From positions 2,304,001-2,368,000 of the forward strand of contig OZ242029.1 in assembly GCA_965205015.1 (NCBI GenBank): 64,000 nt of DNA, read 5' to 3'. The translations under genes were made by a program, and so were the position numbers. Source of the stretch: Candidatus Poribacteria bacterium (GTDB lineage: Bacteria; Poribacteria; WGA-4E; WGA-3G). Numbering within the stretch: position 1 is the first letter of the stretch; every line of letters begins with the position of its first letter. The notes beneath the pieces are model-generated. The model did no database searches, was not told the DNA's origin, and saw only the letters and a program-made list of their open reading frames with translations. Below, piece by piece: positions 8,737 to 18,343 of the stretch.

Positions 8737-10320
8737 ATGGTTGAATTTTATGATACAACACTCAGGGATGGCAGCCAAGCAGAAGGCGTAGCGTTTTCTG
8801 TTGAAGATAAACTCATCATCATAGAGGCACTCGATAAGTTAGGCATCCGTTATATTGAGGGCGGCTATCCCGGTTCCAATCCAAAAGACATAGAATTTTT
8901 CAAACGAGCAAAAGGCATGACGTTGGAAACGGCAACAATCGTGCCGTTCGGTAGCACGCGCTATCCCACCTATACCGCCGATGTCGATCCGAATTTAACC
9001 GCGTTGCTCGACACTGGTGCAAGAACTGTAACGATCTTTGGAAAAAGTTGGCGACTCCATGCCACTGAGGTCCTGCGTGTCACAGCAGAAGAGAACTTGG
9101 AGTTGATTGAGAGTTCTGTCCGTTATCTCGTGGAAAATGGTCGCGAAGTTATCTACGATGCCGAACATTTCTTCGATGGTTACGCCGATGATCCTGCGTA
9201 TGCGATAGAGACGCTACGAGCCGCTGCTGCTGGCGGCGCGAGTTGCCTCGTCCTCTGTGATACGAATGGTGGCAGATTGCCCTTAGAAGTTCAGGAAGGT
9301 GTCGAAGTCGTCCTTTCCGATCTGTCATTGCCTGTCGGTATCCATACCCACAACGACGCTGGAATGGGTGCCGCGAACGCAGTACTCGCCGTGCAAGCAG
9401 GTGCAAGCCATGTGCAAGGTACTTTCAACGGTTACGGTGAACGGTGTGGAAACGCGAATCTTGCCTCAATTATCCCCACAATTCAACTCAAACTCGGAAT
9501 CAAATGCCTCCGCGATACGCAATTACAAGCACTCACAAGCGTGTCCCGACTTATCAGTGAATTGGCGAACCTCCCGCATGACGAACGTCAACCCTACGTT
9601 GGGCGTTCCGCCTTTGCGCATAAAGGTGGTTTGCATACCGATGCCATCCGTAAAAACCGCCTCACCTATGAACATATCGTGCCGGAAACAGTCGGCAACA
9701 CACAACGGATTCTCGTTTCCGATCAGGCAGGGCGCGGCACTATTATGAAGAAAATCGAGAGGGCGTATCCCGATTACGACAAGAATTCACCACAGGTGCT
9801 GGAACTCTTTAAACGCCTCAAAGCAGCGGAACAGGAAGGCTACCAATACGAAGCCGCTGAAGCATCGTTTGAACTCTTGACGCATAAGGTATTCAACGGG
9901 TACGAAACCTTCTTTGAATCTGTTGGTTTCCGCGTGATTATCGAACAGTTCAGCGACTTCGCCATGCGTTCCGAGGCGACCATCAAGGTTACGACGCCGG
10001 ATGGTCTTACGGCGCATACCGCCGCTGATGGAGATGGTCCCGTCAATGCCCTTGACACTGCCCTCCGAAAAGCACTGGAACAGTTCTATCCCGCCCTGCA
10101 GACAGTTCGACTCATAGATTACAAGGTTCGGGTGTTGGATACGAAAGCTGGCACGGGTTCAAAAGTTCGGGTGTTAATTGAAGCGAGCGATGGTGAAAGG
10201 ATTTGGAGTACCGTGGGTGTTTCAGAGAATATTATCTCCGCAAGTTGTGAAGCACTGATAGATAGTTTCGAGTATAAACTTTATACAGACAAAGTTCGTG
10301 CCGCTTCGTTGCATACCTAA
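8737..10320 (+). CDS. cimA: Citramalate synthase (LeuA/CimA family)
   Basis: YDTTLRDGSQAEG, YIEGGYPGSNPKD, HTHND, GYGERCGNANL, YVGRSAFAHKGG, GDGPVNALD regulatory domain. Confidence 0.92.
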   Translation: MVEFYDTTLRDGSQAEGVAFSVEDKLIIIEALDKLGIRYIEGGYPGSNPKDIEFFKRAKGMTLETATIVPFGSTRYPTYTADVDPNLTALLDTGARTVTIFGKSWRLHATEVLRVTAEENLELIESSVRYLVENGREVIYDAEHFFDGYADDPAYAIETLRAAAAGGASCLVLCDTNGGRLPLEVQEGVEVVLSDLSLPVGIHTHNDAGMGAANAVLAVQAGASHVQGTFNGYGERCGNANLASIIPTIQLKLGIKCLRDTQLQALTSVSRLISELANLPHDERQPYVGRSAFAHKGGLHTDAIRKNRLTYEHIVPETVGNTQRILVSDQAGRGTIMKKIERAYPDYDKNSPQVLELFKRLKAAEQEGYQYEAAEASFELLTHKVFNGYETFFESVGFRVIIEQFSDFAMRSEATIKVTTPDGLTAHTAADGDGPVNALDTALRKALEQFYPALQTVRLIDYKVRVLDTKAGTGSKVRVLIEASDGERIWSTVGVSENIISASCEALIDSFEYKLYTDKVRAASLHT

Positions 10321-10355
10321 TAGAGGTCGCCGTGCCTCACATCTTTGGGGGAAAC

Positions 10356-10946
10356 ATGGGACATTTAGACACAATTGAAAAAGCAGCACAAAGGTTGATT
10401 ACGCTCTGTCAGAAAGAGAAACAGACAAAAACAGACAAAGAGAAGATGCTCGGAATACACGCTGAGATCCTTACAAGCATTGAAAACCTTGCCGAATGTG
10501 AACTCTGCGGCGCAATCACAGAAATGATTGTAACGATGACCTTGGCTGATGTCACAGCGAAGTTGTGTAAGGCGTGTGGTGTCAAATCCTTGGAGGTAGG
10601 AAAGATTCAGGCTTCCAAACAGGGGGCATCTCGGAAACGGACCCGCCGCGCGAAGACACCGACTGCTACCACAGCGAGATCAAAGACGAAAAAAAACAGT
10701 AAAACATCTTCCAAACCTGCAGCACCCGTTGAAGAACCAGAAACGCCAGCCGCGCTACATACCCGTATTGAAGCACAAACCGGCATAAAGAAAACCGATG
10801 TAAAACGTCTCCATAAGATTGTTCAGGACATTGCCACCCCAATGACCCCGGAACATACGCTCGCCTATGTCCAACGCGAGGTAGAGATAGCGAAGATAAA
10901 GGTAGACGCAGATGCATTAAAAAGAGCAGTTCCCTTGCTAACTTAG
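10356..10946 (+). CDS. Hypothetical protein with CxxC...CxxC motif and Lys/Arg-rich region
   Basis: CELC and CKAC pairs, basic low-complexity segment, GGGG upstream of ATG 10356. Confidence 0.7.
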   Translation: MGHLDTIEKAAQRLITLCQKEKQTKTDKEKMLGIHAEILTSIENLAECELCGAITEMIVTMTLADVTAKLCKACGVKSLEVGKIQASKQGASRKRTRRAKTPTATTARSKTKKNSKTSSKPAAPVEEPETPAALHTRIEAQTGIKKTDVKRLHKIVQDIATPMTPEHTLAYVQREVEIAKIKVDADALKRAVPLLT

Positions 10947-11011
10947 CGGGTATAAGAGACGCATTTCATAGTTCTAACGCACGTTGTTCCTCCGCAAGGT
11001 AAAATTAAAAA
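10947..11011 (+). repeat. Dispersed CCGCAAGG element, copy A
   Basis: cgggtataagagacgc...atagttctaacgcacgttg...ccgcaaggtaaaattaaaa; aligns by eye with copies B-E. Confidence 0.75.
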
Positions 11012-11988
11012 TCTGTCTGGATGTGTTGTGCCCATTCCCGATTTGCTTGGTACCACTCCACAAGCGCAGTGATGCCTTCACGAAAACTGACTTGTGGACG
11101 CCACCCTAAAAGTTTTTCCGCTTTACGAATGTCCGCCCACGTCGCGCGAGCGTCCGCCGGATGAAACGGTTGGTGTGAGAGTTCGGCTTTTCTACCAACG
11201 AGTTCCTCTATCAGTCGGATCGTATCAATAAGCACGATGGGACTATCTGAACCGAGATTAATCACTTCGTATTTGAGGGGTTTCAATCCGGCAATCACAC
11301 CACGGGCAATGTCCTCAAGGTAGGTATAGTCGCGTGAGGATTCTTTGCCATCGCCATAGACGGTAACCGGTTTCCCTTCACTAATCCAATGTACAAAGCG
11401 AAACGCGCTCATATCGGGTCTGCCAGCGGGTCCATACACAGTGAAAAAACGGAAGACTGTCACGTCAATACCGTAGAGATGGTGGTAACTATGGCAGATC
11501 GATTCAGCCCCTTTTTTCGAGGCAGCATAAGGGGACAACGGTCCATCTGTGTTCGTCTCCTCACTGAACGGAAGACTGTTATTCGAACCGTATAGACTTG
11601 ATGTGGATGCCAACACAAATTTTTTAACGTCAAATTCGCGGCACAAATCCAGCAGATTCAGCGTGCCGGTCACGTTTGTATCCACGTATACCCATGGATC
11701 CTCAACAGAATGCCTCACGCCAGCACGCGCTGCGAGATTAATCACAGCGTCAAATGTAGGGGTTTCCCTCTTGAATATTGCCTGCAATGTTTCCCGATCA
11801 CAGATGTCTGAGCGGTGGAACTCGAAATTTGGGGTGCCTTCAAGTTGTTCAAGCCTCCATTGCTTGACCTGCGTGTCATACGAGGCATTTAAGTTATCGA
11901 TCCCAACAACGGTATGACCCGCCTCCAGCATAAATTCCGTCACTTTCCATCCGATAAATCCAGCGCAACCGGTGACGAGATATTTCAT
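11005..11988 (-). CDS. NAD-dependent epimerase (UDP-glucuronate 4-epimerase-like)
   Basis: TGCAGFIG, NLAARAGVR, YAASKK, RFFTVYGPAGRPDM. Confidence 0.92.
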   Translation of the reverse strand: MKYLVTGCAGFIGWKVTEFMLEAGHTVVGIDNLNASYDTQVKQWRLEQLEGTPNFEFHRSDICDRETLQAIFKRETPTFDAVINLAARAGVRHSVEDPWVYVDTNVTGTLNLLDLCREFDVKKFVLASTSSLYGSNNSLPFSEETNTDGPLSPYAASKKGAESICHSYHHLYGIDVTVFRFFTVYGPAGRPDMSAFRFVHWISEGKPVTVYGDGKESSRDYTYLEDIARGVIAGLKPLKYEVINLGSDSPIVLIDTIRLIEELVGRKAELSHQPFHPADARATWADIRKAEKLLGWRPQVSFREGITALVEWYQANREWAQHIQTDF

Positions 11989-12006
11989 ATCTGTTCCCTT
12001 TCATGG

Positions 12007-12870
12007 TTATACGCAACCTGCCTTGAATGCTTCAAAACGCTCTTGAAACAGTGACAGTGCTATTTCCGACATCTCATATTGTGTTTGGGTGTCTGTCTCC
12101 AATTTTTGTAGTTCGGTTTCGTTTTGCGACAGGAGTGCGTCAATTTCCTCGACTTCCTGTTTCAACGCAAGGATCGCTTCAAATGCTGAGGTTTCACTGG
12201 TACACGCTGTCAACAATTCGTGATAAAGCGTCACGCCCCCATCAAGTCTTTTGAAATCGCGGTGTATCTGATTCAATACGCCACGGTAATGCTCCGGTAC
12301 CATCGGGTTCTCTGTCTCAGCGAGCGTTTTTAAAGTGGTACCTAACTGGGTCAACTGAATCTGCTTATCCGACCAGAGAATCTTTTTCGCGACACCGTCC
12401 ACATTGTCGCTATCTATGACGGGCGCGTGCTTCTGTAAGTCATCGTGAAGTTGAGTTTCCAATTCAACCAATTTGGCTTGAAATGCCTTGATACGGCGTT
12501 TGAATTCCTCAGAATACCTCCGAACTTCAGGGAACTTCTCATGAAGTGCGTCGTGTTTCTCTTTTAATTTGTGAACCTTCAAGATGTAAGTAGGATAACG
12601 CACCTTGAGGCTCTGGGCAAGTGTTCGCACTTCCCGCAGGTCACTCTTGGTCAGTTTCCTAACTTGTTTACCCTCCAACACCCCTATGAACCCATATACC
12701 GCAGCAGATAAACCGCAAAGGGTTAGGAGGATAGACGCTAAGATCTGAAAGACCCCGTCATCTACTGCCACGCGAATTGCCAAGAAACCGAATCCTCCGA
12801 GAAGTAGACCGGCAACAAGAAGAAAGATTGGATTGGACAAATAGGGTTCTATTCTAATTTTTGTTGACAT
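12007..12870 (-). CDS. Hypothetical protein, 2 TM plus coiled coil
   Basis: Two N-terminal hydrophobic helices followed by a long heptad-rich region. Confidence 0.75.
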   Translation of the reverse strand: MSTKIRIEPYLSNPIFLLVAGLLLGGFGFLAIRVAVDDGVFQILASILLTLCGLSAAVYGFIGVLEGKQVRKLTKSDLREVRTLAQSLKVRYPTYILKVHKLKEKHDALHEKFPEVRRYSEEFKRRIKAFQAKLVELETQLHDDLQKHAPVIDSDNVDGVAKKILWSDKQIQLTQLGTTLKTLAETENPMVPEHYRGVLNQIHRDFKRLDGGVTLYHELLTACTSETSAFEAILALKQEVEEIDALLSQNETELQKLETDTQTQYEMSEIALSLFQERFEAFKAGCV

Positions 12871-12928
12871 ATTTCCCCCATCACAGAGGATGTTCTATGA
12901 TCGGAGCAAGACACTGATACAGAAAAGA

Positions 12929-13477
12929 TTAATTGGCATCGGGTGTTGCTAAAAGTTTGTCAATTGCTTGCTTCAGTTCAGCGTAGGTTTCTGCTTTGAA
13001 ATCCGATTTCCGGTGGAACACAATAATCCCTTCCTGCGAGATGAGGTAGAGCGTCGGTTTCTTTTTTTCTGTCTGATACCGCTTGTGCACTTCCCCTTTC
13101 CAATCCAGCAGGAATCCCACAGCAGGCGGGTTTTTCTTCAATTGGCTCCTGATAAACCGTTTCGGTATGAATCCCGGAACGCTCCGTAAATCACCAATGA
13201 TGTAGGCGACGACCTGTTCGTTCTCTCCGTACGCCTTCTGGAACGCCTCTGCCCACTTGTCGTCTTCCTCTCGAATCTTACGGTTGCCCATAATGAGGAA
13301 AACGACCTTACCGCGCAACTTCTTCAGATGGTGATCCTTTTCCTCAGCGTCTTGGAGCGTCCACTCCGGTGCTGTATCGCCGACTTTCGGCGGTGCTGTT
13401 TCCGATTTTTCATCGGCAACAGCCACGAACATTCCAAAAAGACGAATGCTAATAGCTGCAACGATAAGTAGTTTCAT
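12929..13477 (-). CDS. Secreted redoxin/AhpC-TSA-fold protein lacking catalytic cysteines
   Basis: KVGDTAPEWTLQD...LRGKVV, LLDWKG, PTLYLISQEG; no Cys; signal-like N-terminus. Confidence 0.75.
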   Translation of the reverse strand: MKLLIVAAISIRLFGMFVAVADEKSETAPPKVGDTAPEWTLQDAEEKDHHLKKLRGKVVFLIMGNRKIREEDDKWAEAFQKAYGENEQVVAYIIGDLRSVPGFIPKRFIRSQLKKNPPAVGFLLDWKGEVHKRYQTEKKKPTLYLISQEGIIVFHRKSDFKAETYAELKQAIDKLLATPDAN

Positions 13478-13505
13478 AGCGGACAGCAACTCCTGCGAAT
13501 TTGCC

Positions 13506-13904
13506 TCAGTGTGGATGAAGTTCAATCGTTCCAGTTAAGAATGAGATATTGATATCAAAATGATCCAGGAAATTCATGCCTAACAGACCATCTATTATTG
13601 AATTTTCAGGTAAGTCGTGGCACAAGACATCAATATTCTCAAGAGTTTGTCCAAGAGCGGTTAATTTACGCACAGTGACAATTTTCGCGGAAACGGTACC
13701 GCCTCCGGTAATGATTTCTACCTCTTGCTTCGGATTTGATAAATCATATCCTAAAGCGGTGGCAACCTTCGGGGGAATAGTTGTATTTGAGGCACCAGTA
13801 TCTAAAGCCACGGGCAACAGATCAGAGTCGTTTCCATCAATGCTACCGACTTCAAGATGCAGAATGATCAACCGACGTATGCGAGTGAAAGGGACACGTG
13901 CCAT
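13506..13904 (-). CDS. Retropepsin-like (clan AA) aspartic protease
   Basis: ALDTGASNT and DGLLGMNFL motifs. Confidence 0.88.
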   Translation of the reverse strand: MARVPFTRIRRLIILHLEVGSIDGNDSDLLPVALDTGASNTTIPPKVATALGYDLSNPKQEVEIITGGGTVSAKIVTVRKLTALGQTLENIDVLCHDLPENSIIDGLLGMNFLDHFDINISFLTGTIELHPH

Positions 13905-14131
13905 TACAAGATATACTCCACATCTTCTGGAATTTCGCGCGTAGAATGTATAGCCACCTTTCCTTTGTAGTCAGCTATGGCATCATGAATATCTTCTCGG
14001 AATTTGCTATGGACAGCCACTACTCCGGACAGCAGTTCGGTATTTTCGCTGATTTCGCAATCCACGATAAGCAGCCATTCATCTGGGTACTTCTGCTCTA
14101 TTTCTTGGAGTGTTAGTCGTTCGTTTGTCAT
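13904..14131 (-). CDS. Small acidic protein (DUF5678-like) coupled to the aspartic protease
   Basis: EIEQKYPDEWLLI...GVVAVHS; TAATG stop/start overlap; GGAG RBS. Confidence 0.7.
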   Translation of the reverse strand: MTNERLTLQEIEQKYPDEWLLIVDCEISENTELLSGVVAVHSKFREDIHDAIADYKGKVAIHSTREIPEDVEYIL

Positions 14132-14322
14132 CTTCAGGTTCTCCTTTTCAAATAGGCATAATCAATTGATTTACGCCTATTGTAACATTAATGCTTTCCT
14201 CTTAGCAAGAGGTATTCAAAACTTTCAATAATTGTCAAGTTGATTTTTTAGTGGAAACCTGCTACGCTATTAGACAAGAAAATTGTGCTAACAAACGCTT
14301 TCCTATTATTCGGATCCGCAAT

Positions 14323-15027
14323 ATGAATGCTGAACGCACTATCCCTACACTTTTGAATCAAATTCGGGAGGAAGTCCTCCCGTCCATCGCACACCCTTCG
14401 GAACTCCAGACAACTGAGGGTTTGCAAGACCTCAGGAGTCGGCTCCACAGCCTCCACTATTACTGCATCCGCTCACAGATTCCCAATCCGGTTTGCAATC
14501 GTGTAGAGACTTTGCTTTCAACGAGTTCAGGTCTTTGGCATCTCATCGCTGAAAATGAGTTGATGCTGAAGAATCTGAAAGAGTATACCCGCGTGCGGAC
14601 CTTCTCTGCAGAGGCAGAAGGAATTACCAATATTGAGGAGCTCCTTTCTGGCGAAGATACCCTTCGCGATGTGCTCATCAACAGTGTCGCGTTTATGCTC
14701 AATTGGAAAGCGAATACAATTTGGGTGGACTCCGCGAAACGCGCACGTACCGCAATGGCAAAAAACTATATGCTGGAAATCCAGGATCGCATCTGGCAGT
14801 TCATCAAAGAAAGCGCGGTGGAAACAGAAGACGACTTAGCGAAAGCCGAGCAGATCCGCGAACGCGCGGACAGATTGCTCGCAGTCGTCCATGCCAGCGA
14901 TTTACCAACCGAAGCGCAGGTTACGCTCCTGATGCAGATCTATACACTACTCTTGCGCCTTCAGCTCGGTCAACTGATTATTCAATTAGAGACCCTTCAA
15001 GACCAAGAGAACGGAACGAACGCATGA
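14323..15027 (+). CDS. Hypothetical alpha-helical protein
   Basis: Long ORF with ATGA overlap to the next gene; start uncertain. Confidence 0.7.
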   Translation: MNAERTIPTLLNQIREEVLPSIAHPSELQTTEGLQDLRSRLHSLHYYCIRSQIPNPVCNRVETLLSTSSGLWHLIAENELMLKNLKEYTRVRTFSAEAEGITNIEELLSGEDTLRDVLINSVAFMLNWKANTIWVDSAKRARTAMAKNYMLEIQDRIWQFIKESAVETEDDLAKAEQIRERADRLLAVVHASDLPTEAQVTLLMQIYTLLLRLQLGQLIIQLETLQDQENGTNA

Positions 15028-16265
15028 AAACACGTCTTTTTCTCCGTTCCAATTATTTATGCCGCAGCGTGAGAATCGTATGCTGCAATACACTCCTACT
15101 GCTGCTGTGCCATAGTGTGCTCGCCGCCGAGGTGCCTACCGTGTCGCCGGGCAGAGAAGTACGCATCACGGCTCCAAAAACAGGGAAGACCTTCCTGCTT
15201 TACGTTCCGGTGGATTACACCGATAAACGTCCATTTCCGGTTATTTTTTGTTATCACGGCTACCGCGGATCAGCGACAACCTGGCCCTTCAAACAGGTGA
15301 CAAAGGGGCAAGGGTTTATCGTTGTGGGTATGAATTACGCAACTGATGCTTACTACCACAAACTCCGGTTCACCACAACGGGACCGGAGAAAATCTTCTT
15401 TGATGAGGCATTAGAAATTATCTCAACACGGGTGAACGTTGCCCAAGACTACATTTTTATGGGGGGCTATAGCCAGGGCGGCTACTCAACGACCGTTCTC
15501 GGAGAACAGCTGTTAGATCGGTTGGCGGGGAGTCTCGTCCTTGGTGCTGGTAGATGCTATGTGGATATGCAGCCACCACCGGCGGAGCTCATCCGCGGGC
15601 ATCCGTTCTTCTATGGTGTTGGGGAATTAGATGACCCACATTACCCACGCGCAAAACGTGCTTTGCGGTTTTATACAGAGTGCGGCGCAGATGTGACCTT
15701 TGAGGGATGGAAAGATGAAACGCACAAGCTCTCTTCACAGTGGATGAGAAAAACAAAGATGCGGGAGTGGCTTATCGCTTATGGACCCATGAAACAGGCT
15801 GCGTCTGGATTTGAAAAGGCACAGACCGCAGAGAAGAAGGGTAAACTGGGTGAGGCGTTCACGCTTTACACCCAAATTGCGGAGATTTTACCGGATACAG
15901 AACTGTGCCGCACGGCGGAAGAATCAGCAATACATCTCGGCACCGAAGCCGAAACGCAATTCAATCGGTTGAAAAAGACGGCTGATGAAAAATCCTACGC
16001 TGAGGTGGTAAAGGCGTTAGAAGCATTCCGCGATAAATATGTCGGAAGCGTCTTTGAAGAACACGCGGTGCAACTGCTCGGTGAACTGCTGAATGCCAAG
16101 GCAGATGCGTTAGAGGGTCGAGCGCGCGAGGCAGAAGCAGAGAAAAAATATACGCGTGCTTTGCAACTCTACAAACTCTATCTTACCCACTTCCCAAAGG
16201 CAAGGCGCTACGCGGAAGTCCAAAGACAGGTAAAAGCGTTGAGAAACAGAACAGGAACAAAATAA
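15024..16265 (+). CDS. Secreted alpha/beta hydrolase (esterase-like) with C-terminal TPR-like helices
   Basis: LYVPVDY...PVIFCYHG, GYSQGG nucleophile elbow, GELD, ETH; helical repeat tail. Confidence 0.8.
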   Translation: MKTRLFLRSNYLCRSVRIVCCNTLLLLLCHSVLAAEVPTVSPGREVRITAPKTGKTFLLYVPVDYTDKRPFPVIFCYHGYRGSATTWPFKQVTKGQGFIVVGMNYATDAYYHKLRFTTTGPEKIFFDEALEIISTRVNVAQDYIFMGGYSQGGYSTTVLGEQLLDRLAGSLVLGAGRCYVDMQPPPAELIRGHPFFYGVGELDDPHYPRAKRALRFYTECGADVTFEGWKDETHKLSSQWMRKTKMREWLIAYGPMKQAASGFEKAQTAEKKGKLGEAFTLYTQIAEILPDTELCRTAEESAIHLGTEAETQFNRLKKTADEKSYAEVVKALEAFRDKYVGSVFEEHAVQLLGELLNAKADALEGRAREAEAEKKYTRALQLYKLYLTHFPKARRYAEVQRQVKALRNRTGTK

Positions 16266-16275
16266 GGAGGATCCT

Positions 16276-17076
16276 ATGCAAAAAAAATTGTTTGAAGAAC
16301 TTGTCGGTGTCATAGCCACGTTAAGAAGTGAGAACGGATGTCCGTGGGATCGGGAACAGACGCATGAAACGCTGAAATCTACACTCATTGAGGAAACTTA
16401 CGAAACACTTGAAGCCATTGATGCAGGCGACCCGAAAAAATTGAAAGAGGAATTGGGTGATCTCCTGCTGAACGTTATGCTCCAAGCACAGATCGCAGCA
16501 GAACATAAGGATTTTGACATCTACGCCGTGATTGAAACACTCACAGAGAAACTCATTCGGCGACATCCGCACGTCTTTGGCGATATCGACGTTGAGGATT
16601 CAGACGAGGTTGTGAAAAACTGGGAAGAAATTAAACGCCAAGAGGCAGGCTACGAAGATCGAAAATCGGTCCTTGACGGAATTCCGGACGCCCTTCCAAC
16701 CCTGCTCCGCGCCCAGAAGATACAGAACCGGGCAGCACGTGTCGGTTTCGATTGGGATAAACTCACCGATGTTGTTGCCAAAGTTGACGAAGAACTTCAA
16801 GAGGTCAAGGCGAGTATCCGGGCGGATAAACCGGAAGCAATTTCGATGGAACTTGGGGATCTGTTCTTTGCCATCGTCAATCTGTGCCGCTTTATGGAGA
16901 TCCAAGCCGAGGAGACACTGCGGGCGGCGAACCGTAAGTTTGTAAGCCGCTTTAAATGGATGGAAGCGGAATTGGAACGCCGCGGCACAAATTTTGAAGC
17001 GCAAGACTTAGAGAGCCTCGATGCAATCTGGGAAGAAGCGAAAAAGGCGGAAGTTGATGGGGACCTCGGTCCGTAG
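16276..17076 (+). CDS. mazG: Nucleoside triphosphate pyrophosphohydrolase MazG (two-domain)
   Basis: GCPWDREQT, EELGDLL, KLIRRHPHVF, GFDW, ELGDLFF; AAGGAGG RBS. Confidence 0.96.
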   Translation: MQKKLFEELVGVIATLRSENGCPWDREQTHETLKSTLIEETYETLEAIDAGDPKKLKEELGDLLLNVMLQAQIAAEHKDFDIYAVIETLTEKLIRRHPHVFGDIDVEDSDEVVKNWEEIKRQEAGYEDRKSVLDGIPDALPTLLRAQKIQNRAARVGFDWDKLTDVVAKVDEELQEVKASIRADKPEAISMELGDLFFAIVNLCRFMEIQAEETLRAANRKFVSRFKWMEAELERRGTNFEAQDLESLDAIWEEAKKAEVDGDLGP

Positions 17077-17156
17077 TAGCGCAATAGCGCAAGTCGCGTG
17101 TGGATTTACGGGACGATGCGCCTTGCGTAAGTCCTAATATGCAACAGGAGCGCGTG

Positions 17157-17266
17157 GACGAATGGCACATTCACTATTGGAGTTTTCCACCTTTGTAGCA
17201 TAGGCTGTTAGCCTGTGATCCTAAAAGCACAAACACGGGTAGACGAATGGCACATTCACTATTGGA
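17157..17266 (+). repeat. 25-bp direct repeat duplicating the start of the NadD-like gene
   Basis: GACGAATGGCACATTCACTATTGGA at 17157-17181 and 17242-17266. Confidence 0.85.
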
Positions 17267-17996
17267 CCTGTTGATACAAAAATGTGAAAACCACCCGGAC
17301 TATGACCGGTACACCGAACTCTTTAATCGGTTGGATCCAACAGCAGCGCCGCGGATAGAGTTGGTGCACCGTGCGAAATCATCAGTATCTGAACGTGGTA
17401 AGAGACTCGGCATTTTTTCAGGTTCCTTCAATCCGCTGACGCTTGCGCATACCAAGATGATCGAGGACACAATTGCTGAATATCGGTTGGACGAACTGCT
17501 TCTACTCCTTGCGAAGGCGAATGTAGATAAGACGGTGTTCGGCTTACCGCTTGCGGCGAGACTCTTGACACTCAAAAGGTACACGCAGGACCGAGAAAGA
17601 TTCTCTGTTGGTGTATCGAGCCACGGTAGGTATATTGATAAAGTCACCGCTTTAAAAACTATTTCACCACCAGAAACCGAGTTCTATTTTATCATTGGGT
17701 ACGATACGCTCGTTAGAATCTTTGATCCGAAATACTACACGGATTTCCACGCTGAATTGGAAGAACTCTTTGTAGATGCCCGTTTTATTGTTGCGAACCG
17801 AGCAGCGGCTGATATCAAAACAATAGAATCCTTCATGGACCAACTGGAAGTCCGACGATATACTTCTTACGTTTCATGTCTGTTACTCCCTGATGTTTAC
17901 GCTTATATGTCCTCAACAGAGGTTCGCGAACTGTTAGCGCGCGGAGAATCCATTGAACACCTCGTTCCCCCCAGTATTCTTGCCATGCTTGCCTAA
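17247..17996 (+). CDS. Nicotinate/nicotinamide mononucleotide adenylyltransferase, Pof1-like
   Basis: GSFNPLTLAH, LLLLAKANVDK, IIGYDTLVRIFDPKYY, MSSTEVR. Confidence 0.82.
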   Translation: MAHSLLDLLIQKCENHPDYDRYTELFNRLDPTAAPRIELVHRAKSSVSERGKRLGIFSGSFNPLTLAHTKMIEDTIAEYRLDELLLLLAKANVDKTVFGLPLAARLLTLKRYTQDRERFSVGVSSHGRYIDKVTALKTISPPETEFYFIIGYDTLVRIFDPKYYTDFHAELEELFVDARFIVANRAAADIKTIESFMDQLEVRRYTSYVSCLLLPDVYAYMSSTEVRELLARGESIEHLVPPSILAMLA

Positions 17997-18062
17997 TTTT
18001 TAATTTTTCCTTGCGGTTAAATAACGTGTGTTAGAACTATCGGACGCCTCCCTTAAATCCGC
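17996..18062 (-). repeat. Dispersed CCGCAAGG element, copy B
   Basis: Reverse complement gcggatttaagggaggcg...atagttctaacacacgttatttaaccgcaaggaaaaattaaaa, close to copy A. Confidence 0.75.
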
Positions 18063-18163
18063 AATATGTTTCTATTTTCCTACATAAATGTATATCTCTT
18101 GTCCTATTGTGTTTAATTACACACATTTTTCTGACTTATTCGCCCACATTGGCATCCCTACGA

Positions 18164-18179
18164 TGGCATGATTCTTGCT
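18164..18179 (+). promoter_or_regulatory. Sigma54 (-24/-12) promoter
   Basis: TGGCATGATTCTTGCT fits TGGCAY-N5-TTGCW with GG-N10-GC spacing. Confidence 0.7.
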
Positions 18180-18343
18180 ATGCTACCCATTAGTTGGAAA
18201 ACTTAACATGCAAAATTTGAAACCGACTCATAGATATTTTCGTTTACTGCATGCAATAATTCAGGCGATACTCTCAAGTTTTGAGAAACGTCTACAGGTT
18301 CATATAGAGCCATTATAAAATCGAATATTGAGGAGAACATACG

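Noticed and set aside
14703-15023. N-terminal extension of the hydrolase ORF
   Set aside because: It overlaps the upstream gene; the ATGA overlap at 15024 followed by a signal-like segment is the better start.
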